This document shows, one piece after another, positions 63,140-64,000 of a stretch of 64,000 nucleotides of DNA. This DNA comes from Octopus bimaculoides (Eukaryota): assembly GCF_001194135.2 (NCBI RefSeq), contig NC_068999.1:4372298-4436297 (forward strand), in the 5' to 3' direction. Numbering within the stretch: the first letter of the stretch is position 1; every line of letters begins with the position of its first letter. The notes under the pieces were generated by a model that made no database searches, had not been told where the DNA came from, and worked only from the letters and a program-made list of their open reading frames with translations. A program made the position numbers and the translations under genes.

Positions 63140-63800
63140 AACATCCCCATCAAATAGGAATTTTCTGAACATCATCTGTCAAATGTTTTGTGGGGACAGA
63201 CAAGAAAAAATATGCGCCATCATAGAGGTCTGCTGACGTGAATATTTCTTTGAAAGTCTAATACAAAAAGTGAATAACTATGGTCCCTTGCTCTGAAATC
63301 CCCTGCTTCTATGTTCAGGTTACAAGTTTACATTCATACTAATAATAATTGGTGCAATTTTGTGAGGAAACGCCTGGCTGTCATTCTGGTTAAACATGGA
63401 TTTTCAGAAAAATAAATGTTATCCTTAGTTTGCTTCCAACCCACGGGCATTATACAGAGAGATGGGGAAGGAAACATTACTGTTAAGAAAATCCTCTCTG
63501 AAGATGATCTCGAATCGTTCTGGTTGAAAATCTGGAACGAAAAGAGAGGTTTCAACATTAATGCATCGTAGCAAAATATAATTAGGAGAGAATACTGCAC
63601 CAGCATCGACAGTAAAACTTATACAATTGACCCGGAAATTTTTACTATTGCTGTGGACTCACTGCATAGTAAGAAGGCACTTGGAAAAGACCTAATAGTT
63701 GGGTATTGGTATAAGAGGCTGACATTTTACAGAAAACCATTAATATGTAGATTCAAAAGGAATATGGAAAGTTAGATTGATATCCCTGCATATCTCACAT
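63140..63800 (+). mobile_element. R4/Dong-like (RLE-clade) non-LTR retrotransposon ORF fragment
   Basis: 63446 onward: ...EDDLESFWLKIWNEKRGFNINAS*...REYC...TIDPEIFTIAVDSLHSKKALGKDLIVGYWYKRL...IDIPAYL, matching the FW..IW / K.PG.DLI.G.W.K.L / IP.WL pattern that precedes the RT in R4-type elements; contains in-frame stops. Confidence 0.7.
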
Positions 63801-63878
63801 CTATTTTCATTCCTCCACTTCACTCCTCTATTTCGTATCTTATCTAAATTAACTATAGCCCAACCATTTCCTCACACC

Positions 63879-63926
63879 GTCTCCGATGAAGGGATATAAT
63901 AAATACCCTGGAAACAGCTGTAAGAC
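63879..63926 (+). ncRNA. Hammerhead-like motif with variant core (CCGAUGA)
   Basis: GTCT-CCGATGA-AGGG(atataataaata)CCCT-G-GAAAC-AGCT-GTA-AGAC: 4-bp stem I, palindrome ACAGCTGT, GUA triplet; deviates by U4C and one extra G. Confidence 0.55.
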
Positions 63927-64000
63927 TTTCTATTTATAAATGTTCTAAAATCTTCACAGCCTTGGTTTTTTTTTATCTCATTACGAAAAGTAAATCTTTA

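Noticed and set aside
1039-63606. Most ORFs in the supplied six-frame track ([16 protein letters not shown], poly-X)
   Set aside because: They are translations of microsatellites or run through N gaps; no protein-like content.

Overview
AT-rich eukaryotic genomic DNA from a gapped draft assembly (roughly 7 kb of N). It is dominated by di-, tri- and tetranucleotide microsatellites, several families of short interspersed repeats (tRNA-headed SINEs and SINEs with RTE-type (ATG)n tails), and decayed transposons: mariner DD34D, Tc1 DD34E, maT DD37D, a rosa-like 3' end, hAT-Charlie, Tc1-type and piggyBac-type MITEs, and CR1/L2, RTE and R4-like LINE fragments. The repeat make-up strongly suggests an octopus genome (inference, not verified). 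Almost all ORFs in the supplied track are artefacts of microsatellites or N gaps. A candidate minus-strand host gene is visible as phase-compatible exons at 33231-33388 (ATG at 33274) and 19094-19169, encoding MCDTVVTSWSHPHCR|DLPLALHLQRRVEQNVPDMIKRERL, with a probable 5'UTR exon at 42612-42741. I do not recognise the protein. The most notable hidden signal is a set of type I hammerhead-ribozyme-like motifs with palindromic stem III (17462-17496, 45156-45201, 45865-45910, 47199-47273, 63879-63926, and a weaker one at 46790-46872). One family sits in a ~340 bp non-coding tandem/inverted unit that resembles a non-LTR retrozyme. Also notable are a 30-bp-period minisatellite containing two perfect ERE palindromes (AGGTCAnnnTGACCT) and two long intronic hairpins. 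All alignments and folds were done by eye.
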